Source: Eubacteriales bacterium (GTDB lineage: Bacteria > Bacillota > Clostridia > Oscillospirales > CAG-272). From it: DNA of 41,575 bases. The notes under the pieces were generated by a model. It worked only from the letters and a program-made list of their open reading frames with translations, was not told where the DNA came from and did not search any database. Positions within the stretch are counted from its first letter, which is position 1, and each line of letters opens with the position of its first letter. This document shows, piece by piece, positions 19,115 through 26,254 of the stretch. The stretch is taken from positions 1-41,575 of the forward strand of contig JAZNWS010000157.1 in the NCBI GenBank assembly GCA_045593485.1. The letters run 5' to 3'. The translations under genes were made by a program, and so were the position numbers.

Positions 19115-22100
19115 ATGAACCGTAATTTCGCGAAAATTTCGGTGGTCATCGTTGCCCTCGTGCTTGCTCTTGCTTTCTGCTTGACAGGCTGTAAGGTTGA
19201 CGATGTTGCCGCGGACCTCGGCACAACAAAGGACGAGGTTTCCGCTAACAAGGCTGATGCCGCGAAGGCGCTTGAAGAGGCAGTAAAAGCTCTTGAAGCG
19301 AAGATTGCCGCAAACGAAGCAGATTGTGCTGCTGAGATTGCTGCTTTGAACGCAGCTCTCGAAGAAGCAAAGACTTCCGGTGCGGTTACCGTTGCAGACC
19401 TTGAGGCTGCAGAGAAGGCTCTTAACGATGCTATCGCAGCAGTAAGAGCAAGCCTCGACGCAGCTAAGAAGGATCTTAGTGACAAGATCACAGCAAACGA
19501 TGCAAAGATCAATGCTGAAGTAGCAGCTCTTAACAAGGCTATTGCAAATGCAGAAGCAGCACTTAAGGCAGCAGCTGCTGCTGACAAGGCAGCTCTTGAG
19601 TCTTCTCTTGCAGCAGCTAAGGCAGAGCTTGAAGCAGCTGTTGAAGCACTTAAGGCTGATATGGATAAGCTCACAGAGTTTGTAAACTCTGCAGTAGCAG
19701 ATCTTAAGGCTGACATCGCAGCAGAGAAGAAGGATATCACAGATTCCATCGTAGCTCTCGAGAACGCTCTCTTGATCGCAAAGGGCGAGGCAGCAGATGC
19801 AGACGCAGCTGTTAAGGCAGAGCTTGAGCAGGCTATCGCAGAAGCAACCAAGGCTATCGTTGAGGTTCTTGAAATTGCTGACGCAGAGCTTGAGGAAGAG
19901 CTCAGAGAGGCTATAGATGGTCTTGCAGAGTCCATCACAGCTCTTGAAGAGGCTCTCGGCATCTACGAGGCAACAACCGAAAAGGTTATTGCAGTATGGA
20001 ATGAGATCTATGAGATCTACGGTGAGTGGAATGCGCTTTGCGTAGAGCACAACGTAGACGCAAAGGTTAAGGCTCCTGTTGACAAGGCATACCAGCTCGT
20101 TCAGGTTCTCCTTGGCAGAGCAGTTAACGCTGAAGAGGTTGATGCTGTAAAGGCAGACTTCATAGCAGTTGTAGCTGGCGCTCAGGTTGAAGTTCCTACA
20201 CTTAACAATCTCAATAAGATTTATGAAGCTCTTGTTTCCGCTGAGGAAGAGCTTGCAAACGAAGAGACAGACCTTGCCGCTGTAAGAACAACTCTTCTTG
20301 GCGTAAAGGCTGAGCTCGCAACAGTTACTCTCGACGTAATTCTCGTTGACGGTGTAGTTGTTGATCTCTCCGAAAAGTATGATGAAGTTTGCGACGTTTA
20401 CAACGCAGAGAGAGTTGCAGCTGTATATGCGCTTATCGACAGCGTTGCAGCAGAGATCGTCGCAGTTGACAATTACAATGCTATCTGGGATGCACAGAAT
20501 AAGGCATTTGACGTAGAGCCCGTTATCGACGCTCTCGTTGCTGATGTAGAAATCGCAGTTGACGTTGAGGACACTGACGCTCTCTACGACGCATACAACA
20601 GCCTCTGCGCTCTTGTTCCCAACCAGCTCCTTGACATTGCCGTTAACGTTTACCTTGCAGGCGGTGATATTGAGCGTGCAGAAATCTGCCTCGAGGATGC
20701 AGTATACGAAATCGGTTGTCTCCCTGCAGAGACTGAGGGTCTCGCAGAGCTCAATGCAAAGGCAGTTGAGGTTGAAGCGGCTATCGCTTCCGCTTACATC
20801 GAGCTTGCGCTCGTAGCTGTTGAAAACGCATCCGATATCGAAGCTCTTAAGAAGGCTATCGCTGATATCGACGCTAACCTTGCAGAAGCAAAGGCTGATA
20901 TCTTTGCTATGGTAGACGGTGAGGCAAAGGAAGCAGTTATAGCTCAGTACGTAGCAGCTCAGCAGGCTAAGCTTGCTAAGATGGAAGCAGTAGCTTACGT
21001 AGCACTTGACGCAGCTGTTGATCTCAAGGACGTAGAAGTAGTTGAAAGCTACAAGAGCGAGATCGGTATGGCTATTCTCGCAGTTATGATGGACGAGGTT
21101 GGAGTTAACGTAGACGACTTCGGCATGACATACAGCAACCTTTCTATGGCAGCAGCTGAAAAGGTTCTCGCATTCGCAGCAGCAGCTATCGAAAACGCTG
21201 AGACCGCAGATGCAGTTGCAGCAGTTGCAGAAACTCTCGCAGCAGCAAAGGCTAAGATCGACGTTCTCGCAGCAGACGCAGTTCTCGCAGCAGACGCAGC
21301 AAGCGCAGAGAGAATCGCAGCTATGACAGCTAAGTACGAACAGTACACAGGTCTTGTTGCTCTCGTTGAAGAGGGTAAGGCTATTGCAAACATCATTGCA
21401 GGTCTTAAGGCTGACGCTATCGTAGGTACAAAGACAGAATCCGAGATAATCACAGAATACAACGTTGCAGCAAAGGCTTGGGTAGAGACTCTCGATAAGC
21501 TCTACACCTTTGAGACAAAGACAGGCTACGAAACTCTCAGAGCTCTCATCAACGAGGCTAAGGCAGAGGAACTTATAGCTGCATTCGAGGCTAAGATCGC
21601 TAACCTCGTAGAAATCGCTACAGATCTTATTAACAAGATCAAGGCAATCAACGCAAAGGTTACCGAGGACGGTTACACCTTCGCATTGATCACAGATATT
21701 GAGGCTGTAAAGGCTGCCTTCAGAACTTGGGAGCAGAACGCAACCGACGCTGACGGTGTAGGCTTCGTTATCGCTTACGTTTCCGACGGTGAGTACACTA
21801 ACGAAAACCTCAATACAGTTATCGTTACTATCCAGACAGAATACAACGCATTCGTTAAGGGTGCTCAGGACGCATGGACCAACTGCTACACAGACTACTA
21901 CAAGTCTCTTACAGTTGAGAACCTCGTTTGGAACGAAACAGCTCTTACAGCAGTAAGAGAGTGGTTCACAAAGTACGGCACAGAGGCAGCTGATTATGAG
22001 ATCGCAGGTGTTGGTACATCTGTTGAGGAAGCAGCTCTCGTAGTACTTGAAGAAAAGCTTGCAGCTCTTAAGGCAGAGCGCAAGGCTCTCGTTGAGAAGT

Positions 22101-24160
22101 TTGCAGCAGACGCAGCAGCTCTCCAGGAGAGAATTGAGGCACTTGGATTTATTACAACAGATTCCGCAGAAACAGTTAAGGCTCTCAGAGCTGACGTTGA
22201 TGCTTGGAACAAGGCTGTTGTTGACAATGCAATTGATTTCACAGCAGAATTCGGCAAGGCAGTAGTTATCGACGAGACAAAGCTCGTAGAGGCTGAGGCT
22301 AAGCTCGTTGACCTTGCAGCTCAGATCGAAAACATCAAGGCTCTCATCGAGGCTCTTGAGATTCCCACTATCGGTACAGACATCGCAGCTCCTTACTTTG
22401 CTGACGTAGCAGCTAAGGATGCATACGTTGCACAGGTTAAGGCTATCACTGATGCAATCGCTAAGTTCAATACAGACAACGATGGCAACAGAGGCTGCAT
22501 CTCTGATGAAGAGCTTGCAAAGGTAGTTGAGGCTGATTCCGATCTCTTCGTTGCTAAGTATGAGGCAGCTCTCAACGCTTACAACACATATGCAAACGCA
22601 GTTGCAGGTGTTGCAAACGACACAGTTCTCGCAAAGCTCGAGGCATATCTCGTAGCTGTAAGAAATGAAATCAACGCAGTAGGCGTAGCTAGAGCTACAT
22701 ACGCTGAAACAATGGCTGCAATTCTTGCTCCTTACAATGCAAGAGTTGAGGCAACAGTAGCAGTTTACAACGAGTATGTTGAGGCTTGCACAGGTGTTGC
22801 AAACGATACACTTCTCGCTAAGTTCGAGGCATTCCTTAAGGAAGCTGTAGCAGCAATTGCTGGTGCAGAGGTTGAGGGTATCGACGCTATCGTTGAGCTC
22901 TACACTCTTAAGTTTGAGACCGCTGTAGTAGTTTACAATGCATACACAGAGACAACTAACGGCGTTTCTGACGCAGAGATCCTCGCAATTATGGATACAT
23001 ATTTCAATGAGGCTCTCAGAGAAATCTCCACAGCTAACCTTAACACACCTAACTACAAGGCATACATCGCTCAGATCGGCACAAATGCTGAGAGCAAGTT
23101 CAATGACATAAAGGAAGGCAACGGCCTTCCTGTATGTCAGGAGCATACATATGATAACGCTTGCGACCCCGTTTGTAACGTTTGTTACTACACACGCGTT
23201 CCCGCAGATCACGAATACGACTTCGATTGTGACGTAGACTGTAACGTTTGCGGCGCAGTTCGCGTAGTTGAATGTTCTGATGGCGAGGTTCACGACGGCG
23301 TTTGTGAGTGCGGCAAGAAGGTATATGGTACTCTTGAAGCTCCCCTTACCACAACAGGCGCATACACAGCAAACACAGGCCTTGCTAAGGATGAATTTTC
23401 CGCAGAAAAGTACTATGTAACAGGTGTTGTTACAGAAATCGGCTCAACAGGCAAATACTACAGAAACGTTTACATTACCGACGGTACAACAAAGTTCTTT
23501 ATTTACTCCATCAATATGGGTGACGGTATTGACGGCTTTGGCGTTGGTGATACTATTACAGCATACGGTTATATCCAGAATTACTATGGTGATACCATTG
23601 AGATGACAGGTAAAAACGGTGATTATCCTTATGCACTTGTTGTTGTAAAGCACACCTGCGTAGCGGATGGTGAGGCAACCTGTACAAAGGCTGCTAGATG
23701 TACTGCTTGCGGCACAGTAATGACGGAAGCTCTTGGCCACACAACCGATGATGGTACATGTGAAAGATGCGGCGAGGAAATCAGTGCTGAAAGTACAGTT
23801 GGTCAGACCTTGGTACTTGAAATCACTAAGGAAGACTTCACTAGCGTAAGCTATGCTGACAATAACAAAGCACATACCGAAAATGGTTATACCTACACAT
23901 CTAACCAGGTAATGAATCAGCAGGGAAATATGCAGTGGCAGAAGAACAAGGGTTATATTACCATAACCTCCGCTGATATAGTTAAGGTAGAAATGAAGGT
24001 TTCCGCTGGTACATTTACCGTAACAGTTGGCGGTTCTACCGTTCATGGAACAACCGTTGATGGTGTGACAACATACGATCTTACCGGTGCAACAGGCGAA
24101 ATTAAGATTTCTGTTGGTGGTGCAACTGGAAAGGTTGATTACGTTAAATTCTATAAGTAA
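19115..24160 (+). CDS. giant (1,681 aa) alanine-rich predicted coiled-coil lipoprotein with Cys-rich/OB-like C-terminal region; function unknown
   Basis: GGAGG lies 7 nt before the ATG at 19115. MNRNFAKISVVIVALVLALAFCLTGC is a signal peptide plus lipobox. A strong promoter lies upstream and a terminator downstream. The in-frame upstream ATGs at 19073 and 19103 lack an RBS. Confidence 0.85.
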   Translation: MNRNFAKISVVIVALVLALAFCLTGCKVDDVAADLGTTKDEVSANKADAAKALEEAVKALEAKIAANEADCAAEIAALNAALEEAKTSGAVTVADLEAAEKALNDAIAAVRASLDAAKKDLSDKITANDAKINAEVAALNKAIANAEAALKAAAAADKAALESSLAAAKAELEAAVEALKADMDKLTEFVNSAVADLKADIAAEKKDITDSIVALENALLIAKGEAADADAAVKAELEQAIAEATKAIVEVLEIADAELEEELREAIDGLAESITALEEALGIYEATTEKVIAVWNEIYEIYGEWNALCVEHNVDAKVKAPVDKAYQLVQVLLGRAVNAEEVDAVKADFIAVVAGAQVEVPTLNNLNKIYEALVSAEEELANEETDLAAVRTTLLGVKAELATVTLDVILVDGVVVDLSEKYDEVCDVYNAERVAAVYALIDSVAAEIVAVDNYNAIWDAQNKAFDVEPVIDALVADVEIAVDVEDTDALYDAYNSLCALVPNQLLDIAVNVYLAGGDIERAEICLEDAVYEIGCLPAETEGLAELNAKAVEVEAAIASAYIELALVAVENASDIEALKKAIADIDANLAEAKADIFAMVDGEAKEAVIAQYVAAQQAKLAKMEAVAYVALDAAVDLKDVEVVESYKSEIGMAILAVMMDEVGVNVDDFGMTYSNLSMAAAEKVLAFAAAAIENAETADAVAAVAETLAAAKAKIDVLAADAVLAADAASAERIAAMTAKYEQYTGLVALVEEGKAIANIIAGLKADAIVGTKTESEIITEYNVAAKAWVETLDKLYTFETKTGYETLRALINEAKAEELIAAFEAKIANLVEIATDLINKIKAINAKVTEDGYTFALITDIEAVKAAFRTWEQNATDADGVGFVIAYVSDGEYTNENLNTVIVTIQTEYNAFVKGAQDAWTNCYTDYYKSLTVENLVWNETALTAVREWFTKYGTEAADYEIAGVGTSVEEAALVVLEEKLAALKAERKALVEKFAADAAALQERIEALGFITTDSAETVKALRADVDAWNKAVVDNAIDFTAEFGKAVVIDETKLVEAEAKLVDLAAQIENIKALIEALEIPTIGTDIAAPYFADVAAKDAYVAQVKAITDAIAKFNTDNDGNRGCISDEELAKVVEADSDLFVAKYEAALNAYNTYANAVAGVANDTVLAKLEAYLVAVRNEINAVGVARATYAETMAAILAPYNARVEATVAVYNEYVEACTGVANDTLLAKFEAFLKEAVAAIAGAEVEGIDAIVELYTLKFETAVVVYNAYTETTNGVSDAEILAIMDTYFNEALREISTANLNTPNYKAYIAQIGTNAESKFNDIKEGNGLPVCQEHTYDNACDPVCNVCYYTRVPADHEYDFDCDVDCNVCGAVRVVECSDGEVHDGVCECGKKVYGTLEAPLTTTGAYTANTGLAKDEFSAEKYYVTGVVTEIGSTGKYYRNVYITDGTTKFFIYSINMGDGIDGFGVGDTITAYGYIQNYYGDTIEMTGKNGDYPYALVVVKHTCVADGEATCTKAARCTACGTVMTEALGHTTDDGTCERCGEEISAESTVGQTLVLEITKEDFTSVSYADNNKAHTENGYTYTSNQVMNQQGNMQWQKNKGYITITSADIVKVEMKVSAGTFTVTVGGSTVHGTTVDGVTTYDLTGATGEIKISVGGATGKVDYVKFYK

Positions 24161-24170
24161 TAATAATTCA

Positions 24171-24205
24171 AAACCCGCACCCCTCGGGGTGCGGGTTTTA
24201 TTTTA
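24171..24205 (+). terminator. intrinsic terminator after giant gene
   Basis: aaacccgcacccc / ggggtgcgggttt hairpin followed by a T-run. Confidence 0.75.
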
Positions 24206-24206
24206 T

Positions 24207-24246
24207 AAAAAAGCGCGGAGCTTTATTAAAGCTCCGCGCTTTTTTG
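24207..24246. terminator. bidirectional hairpin terminator (serves the minus-strand acidic protein gene)
   Basis: aaaaaagcgcggagc tttattaaa gctccgcgctttttt. An A-run and a T-run flank a 10-bp GC-rich stem. Confidence 0.7.
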
Positions 24247-24254
24247 TTTTTTAA

Positions 24255-24731
24255 TTATTCCTCAACGGGTGTTACGTCGTCGTCCTCAATTATGCAGCCG
24301 AGGGTTGCGCCGCAAGCGGGGCACATGAGCTCCTCTGCGTTTACGGAATCGTCAAAGCAAACTGTCTCGCCGCAGGAGGGGCAAACTATCTCGTAGTATT
24401 CCTCGTCCTCGTAGAGATCACAGTCATCGCAATCCTCGCACTCGTCGCAGAGATCGCAGCATTCGCAATCGCCGTCGCACTCATCCCAATCGTCATCCTC
24501 GTCGTCGAGGTCGAGAAGAACCTCCTCAACGTCGCCAAGGTCCTCGTCAAGCTCTTCGCAGTAGTCTGCAAGCTCAGCAATATCGTACTCAACGTCGTCG
24601 ATCTCCTCAGCCATCTCTGTGCAAAGCTCGATGAGAGCCTTGATGAGCTTTGCTTCAGCCGTGTCCTTCTTATCAAGGTCAAGACCCTCTGCAAGACCCT
24701 TTATATAAGCGCATCTTTCTGTAAGTGTCAT
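24255..24731 (-). CDS. highly acidic Cys-cluster protein with C-terminal zinc ribbon (possibly the clostridial CD1247-N-terminal-domain family)
   Basis: 158 aa. Helical N-terminus (ERCAYIKGLAEGLDLD), a long D/E run, CDGDCECCDLCDECEDCDDC, then CPSC-x16-CPAC. The family name is from memory only. Confidence 0.7.
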   Translation of the reverse strand: MTLTERCAYIKGLAEGLDLDKKDTAEAKLIKALIELCTEMAEEIDDVEYDIAELADYCEELDEDLGDVEEVLLDLDDEDDDWDECDGDCECCDLCDECEDCDDCDLYEDEEYYEIVCPSCGETVCFDDSVNAEELMCPACGATLGCIIEDDDVTPVEE

Positions 24732-24755
24732 TTTTTTATACCATCCTTTTTTATT

Positions 24756-24793
24756 TTAAAAACGGGAAATCCACGTATAATATGGATTTCCCG
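24756..24793 (-). terminator. intrinsic terminator after efp
   Basis: Minus strand: cgggaaatcca tattatacg tggatttcccg followed by TTTTT. Confidence 0.65.
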
Positions 24794-24817
24794 AGTTTTT
24801 CAGCTTTTAGCTTTAAA

Positions 24818-25375
24818 TTAAGCTCTGGAGAGATACTGACCGTCGCGAGTATCAATCTTGAGAACGTCACCAACGTTGATGAAGAGCGGAACCTTGATTA
24901 CCGCGCCTGTCTCAAGAGTTGCGGGCTTGAGTGTGTTTGTAGCAGTGTTGCCTGCAAAGCCGGGGTCTGTCTCTGTAACCTCAAGCTCAACGAATGTGGG
25001 AGGCTCAACTCCGAATACGTTGCCCTTGTAGGAGATGATCTTACACATCATTTCTTCCTTAACGAACTTGAAAGCGTCACCGAGCTTGTCTCTGTTAAGA
25101 GGAAGCATATCGAATGTCTCCATATCCATGAAGTAGTAAAGGTCACCGTCAGTGTAGGAGTACTGCATGTCCTTTCTTTCGATATACGCGTTTTCATACT
25201 TGTCTGTGGGGCTGAAAGTCTTTTCAACAACCGCACCTGTGATTACGTTCTTAAGCTTCGTACGAACGAAAGCGGCACCCTTACCGGGCTTAACGTGCTG
25301 GAACTCGATAACCTGGAATACGTTACCGTCCATTTCAAATGTAATGCCATTCTTAAAATCGCCGGCTACTACCAT
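24818..25375 (-). CDS. efp: elongation factor P
   Basis: 185 aa. [23 protein letters not shown], with full-length EF-P pattern. Confidence 0.97.
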   Translation of the reverse strand: MVVAGDFKNGITFEMDGNVFQVIEFQHVKPGKGAAFVRTKLKNVITGAVVEKTFSPTDKYENAYIERKDMQYSYTDGDLYYFMDMETFDMLPLNRDKLGDAFKFVKEEMMCKIISYKGNVFGVEPPTFVELEVTETDPGFAGNTATNTLKPATLETGAVIKVPLFINVGDVLKIDTRDGQYLSRA

Positions 25376-25430
25376 TGTTTTATACCTCCAAAATTAGATA
25401 CTTATTTTTTTACGTATATATTTACATTTC

Positions 25431-25459
25431 ATTATATCACGGCAGAAAAAAATTGTCAA
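25431..25459 (-). promoter_or_regulatory. consensus sigma-A promoter with extended -10 for efp (TTGACA-17-TGnTATAAT)
   Basis: Minus strand: ttgaca atttttttctgccgtga tataat. Confidence 0.6.
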
Positions 25460-25487
25460 TAGGGCAATTGGATAAAGCCTAAATTTT

Positions 25488-26036
25488 TTATACCTTTTGG
25501 ACGTCTATGAGCGCCCCGTCAAGCGAGAATATGCAAAATTCACTCTTTTCATATATCGCGTACGACTTGGGATTGCCACCCTTTGGCAGACTCACCGAGC
25601 CGGGATTAAGGCAGAGAATGCCGTCCTTTTCCACAAAGCCGAGCAGGTGCGTGTGACCATAGAGGAATACCGAGCCCTCGGGCAACGGAGGGAGGTTTTC
25701 GGGGTTATATTTGTGTCCATGCGAGAGATATATAGATAGGTCCTTCTCACTATCGTATATCCAACCGAAGTCGGAAAGCACGGGGAAGGATAGCACCATC
25801 CCGTCGACCTCAGCCTCGCAGTTTCCCTTGACGCACAAGAGCTTATCGGACACCTTGTTGAGCATTTCAATAACCTTTTTAGGCGCGTAATTTTCAGGCA
25901 GGTCATTTCTCGGTCCGTGGTAGAGAATGTCTCCAAGCAATACTATTTTTTCCACTCCGCGAGAGGTTGCCTCGTCGAGTATTTTCTGACAGCAGACTGC
26001 GTCGCCGTGTATATCCGATGCTATGAGTAGTTTCAT
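25488..26036 (-). CDS. YfcE-type metallophosphoesterase (MJ0936 family phosphodiesterase)
   Basis: 182 aa. SDIHGD, LGDILYHGPRN, KGNCE and YGHTH. Confidence 0.85.
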   Translation of the reverse strand: MKLLIASDIHGDAVCCQKILDEATSRGVEKIVLLGDILYHGPRNDLPENYAPKKVIEMLNKVSDKLLCVKGNCEAEVDGMVLSFPVLSDFGWIYDSEKDLSIYLSHGHKYNPENLPPLPEGSVFLYGHTHLLGFVEKDGILCLNPGSVSLPKGGNPKSYAIYEKSEFCIFSLDGALIDVQKV

Positions 26037-26069
26037 ATATTTACCGCCTTACTTGTTTTTCTTACTTGT

Positions 26070-26098
26070 ATTATAACATAAAATTTCACACATTTCAA
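26070..26098 (-). promoter_or_regulatory. sigma-A promoter (TTGAAA-17-TGnTATAAT) for the phosphodiesterase gene
   Basis: Minus strand: ttgaaa tgtgtgaaattttatgt tataat. Confidence 0.5.
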
Positions 26099-26177
26099 CA
26101 AGCCAAGGCTAAGTTTTGCTTTGCGGCAGGGGTTTTTATTTTTTCCAAAGTTTTCAAAAAGTTTATACGTAATCCCC

Positions 26178-26206
26178 TTGAAAAAGAAGTGCGAAAATGG
26201 TAAAAT
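26178..26206 (+). promoter_or_regulatory. sigma-A promoter (TTGAAA-17-TGnTAAAAT) for MBOAT-DHHW operon
   Basis: ttgaaa at 26178-26183, a spacer ending in tgg, and taaaat at 26201-26206. Confidence 0.45.
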
Positions 26207-26254
26207 AATTATAGGCTATAAGCCACAATTTTTCAGACGGTCAGGGCGAGCATA

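Noticed and set aside
19051-19962. A 303-aa Ala/Ser-rich minus-strand ORF in a second antisense frame of the giant gene.
   Set aside because: It is a low-complexity mirror of the GC-rich first and second codon positions of the Ala-rich sense frame. It has no translation signals.
19046-23293. A 1,415-aa minus-strand ORF, the longest after the giant gene itself. It is Cys/Val/Ser/Asn/Leu-rich.
   Set aside because: It is in exact codon register antisense to the plus-strand gene. It has no RBS, promoter or terminator of its own, and it starts at a GTG. Its composition is simply the complement of GCA/GCT/GAG/AAG/GTT codons (Ala becomes Cys or Ser, and so on). The plus strand has a promoter, RBS, lipoprotein signal, structured domains and a terminator. 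I treated it as a shadow ORF caused by the absence of TTA/CTA/TCA sense codons.
18850-24250. The idea that the giant gene is a horizontally acquired island.
   Set aside because: I recognised no integrase, transposase, tRNA target or flanking direct repeats of island type. Base composition looks similar to the surroundings. The atypical codon usage matches efp, so it is better explained by expression level. This cannot be excluded without genome-wide statistics.
24725-25462. A 245-aa plus-strand ORF.
   Set aside because: It is a codon-aligned antisense shadow of efp, and it also spans the efp promoter and terminator.
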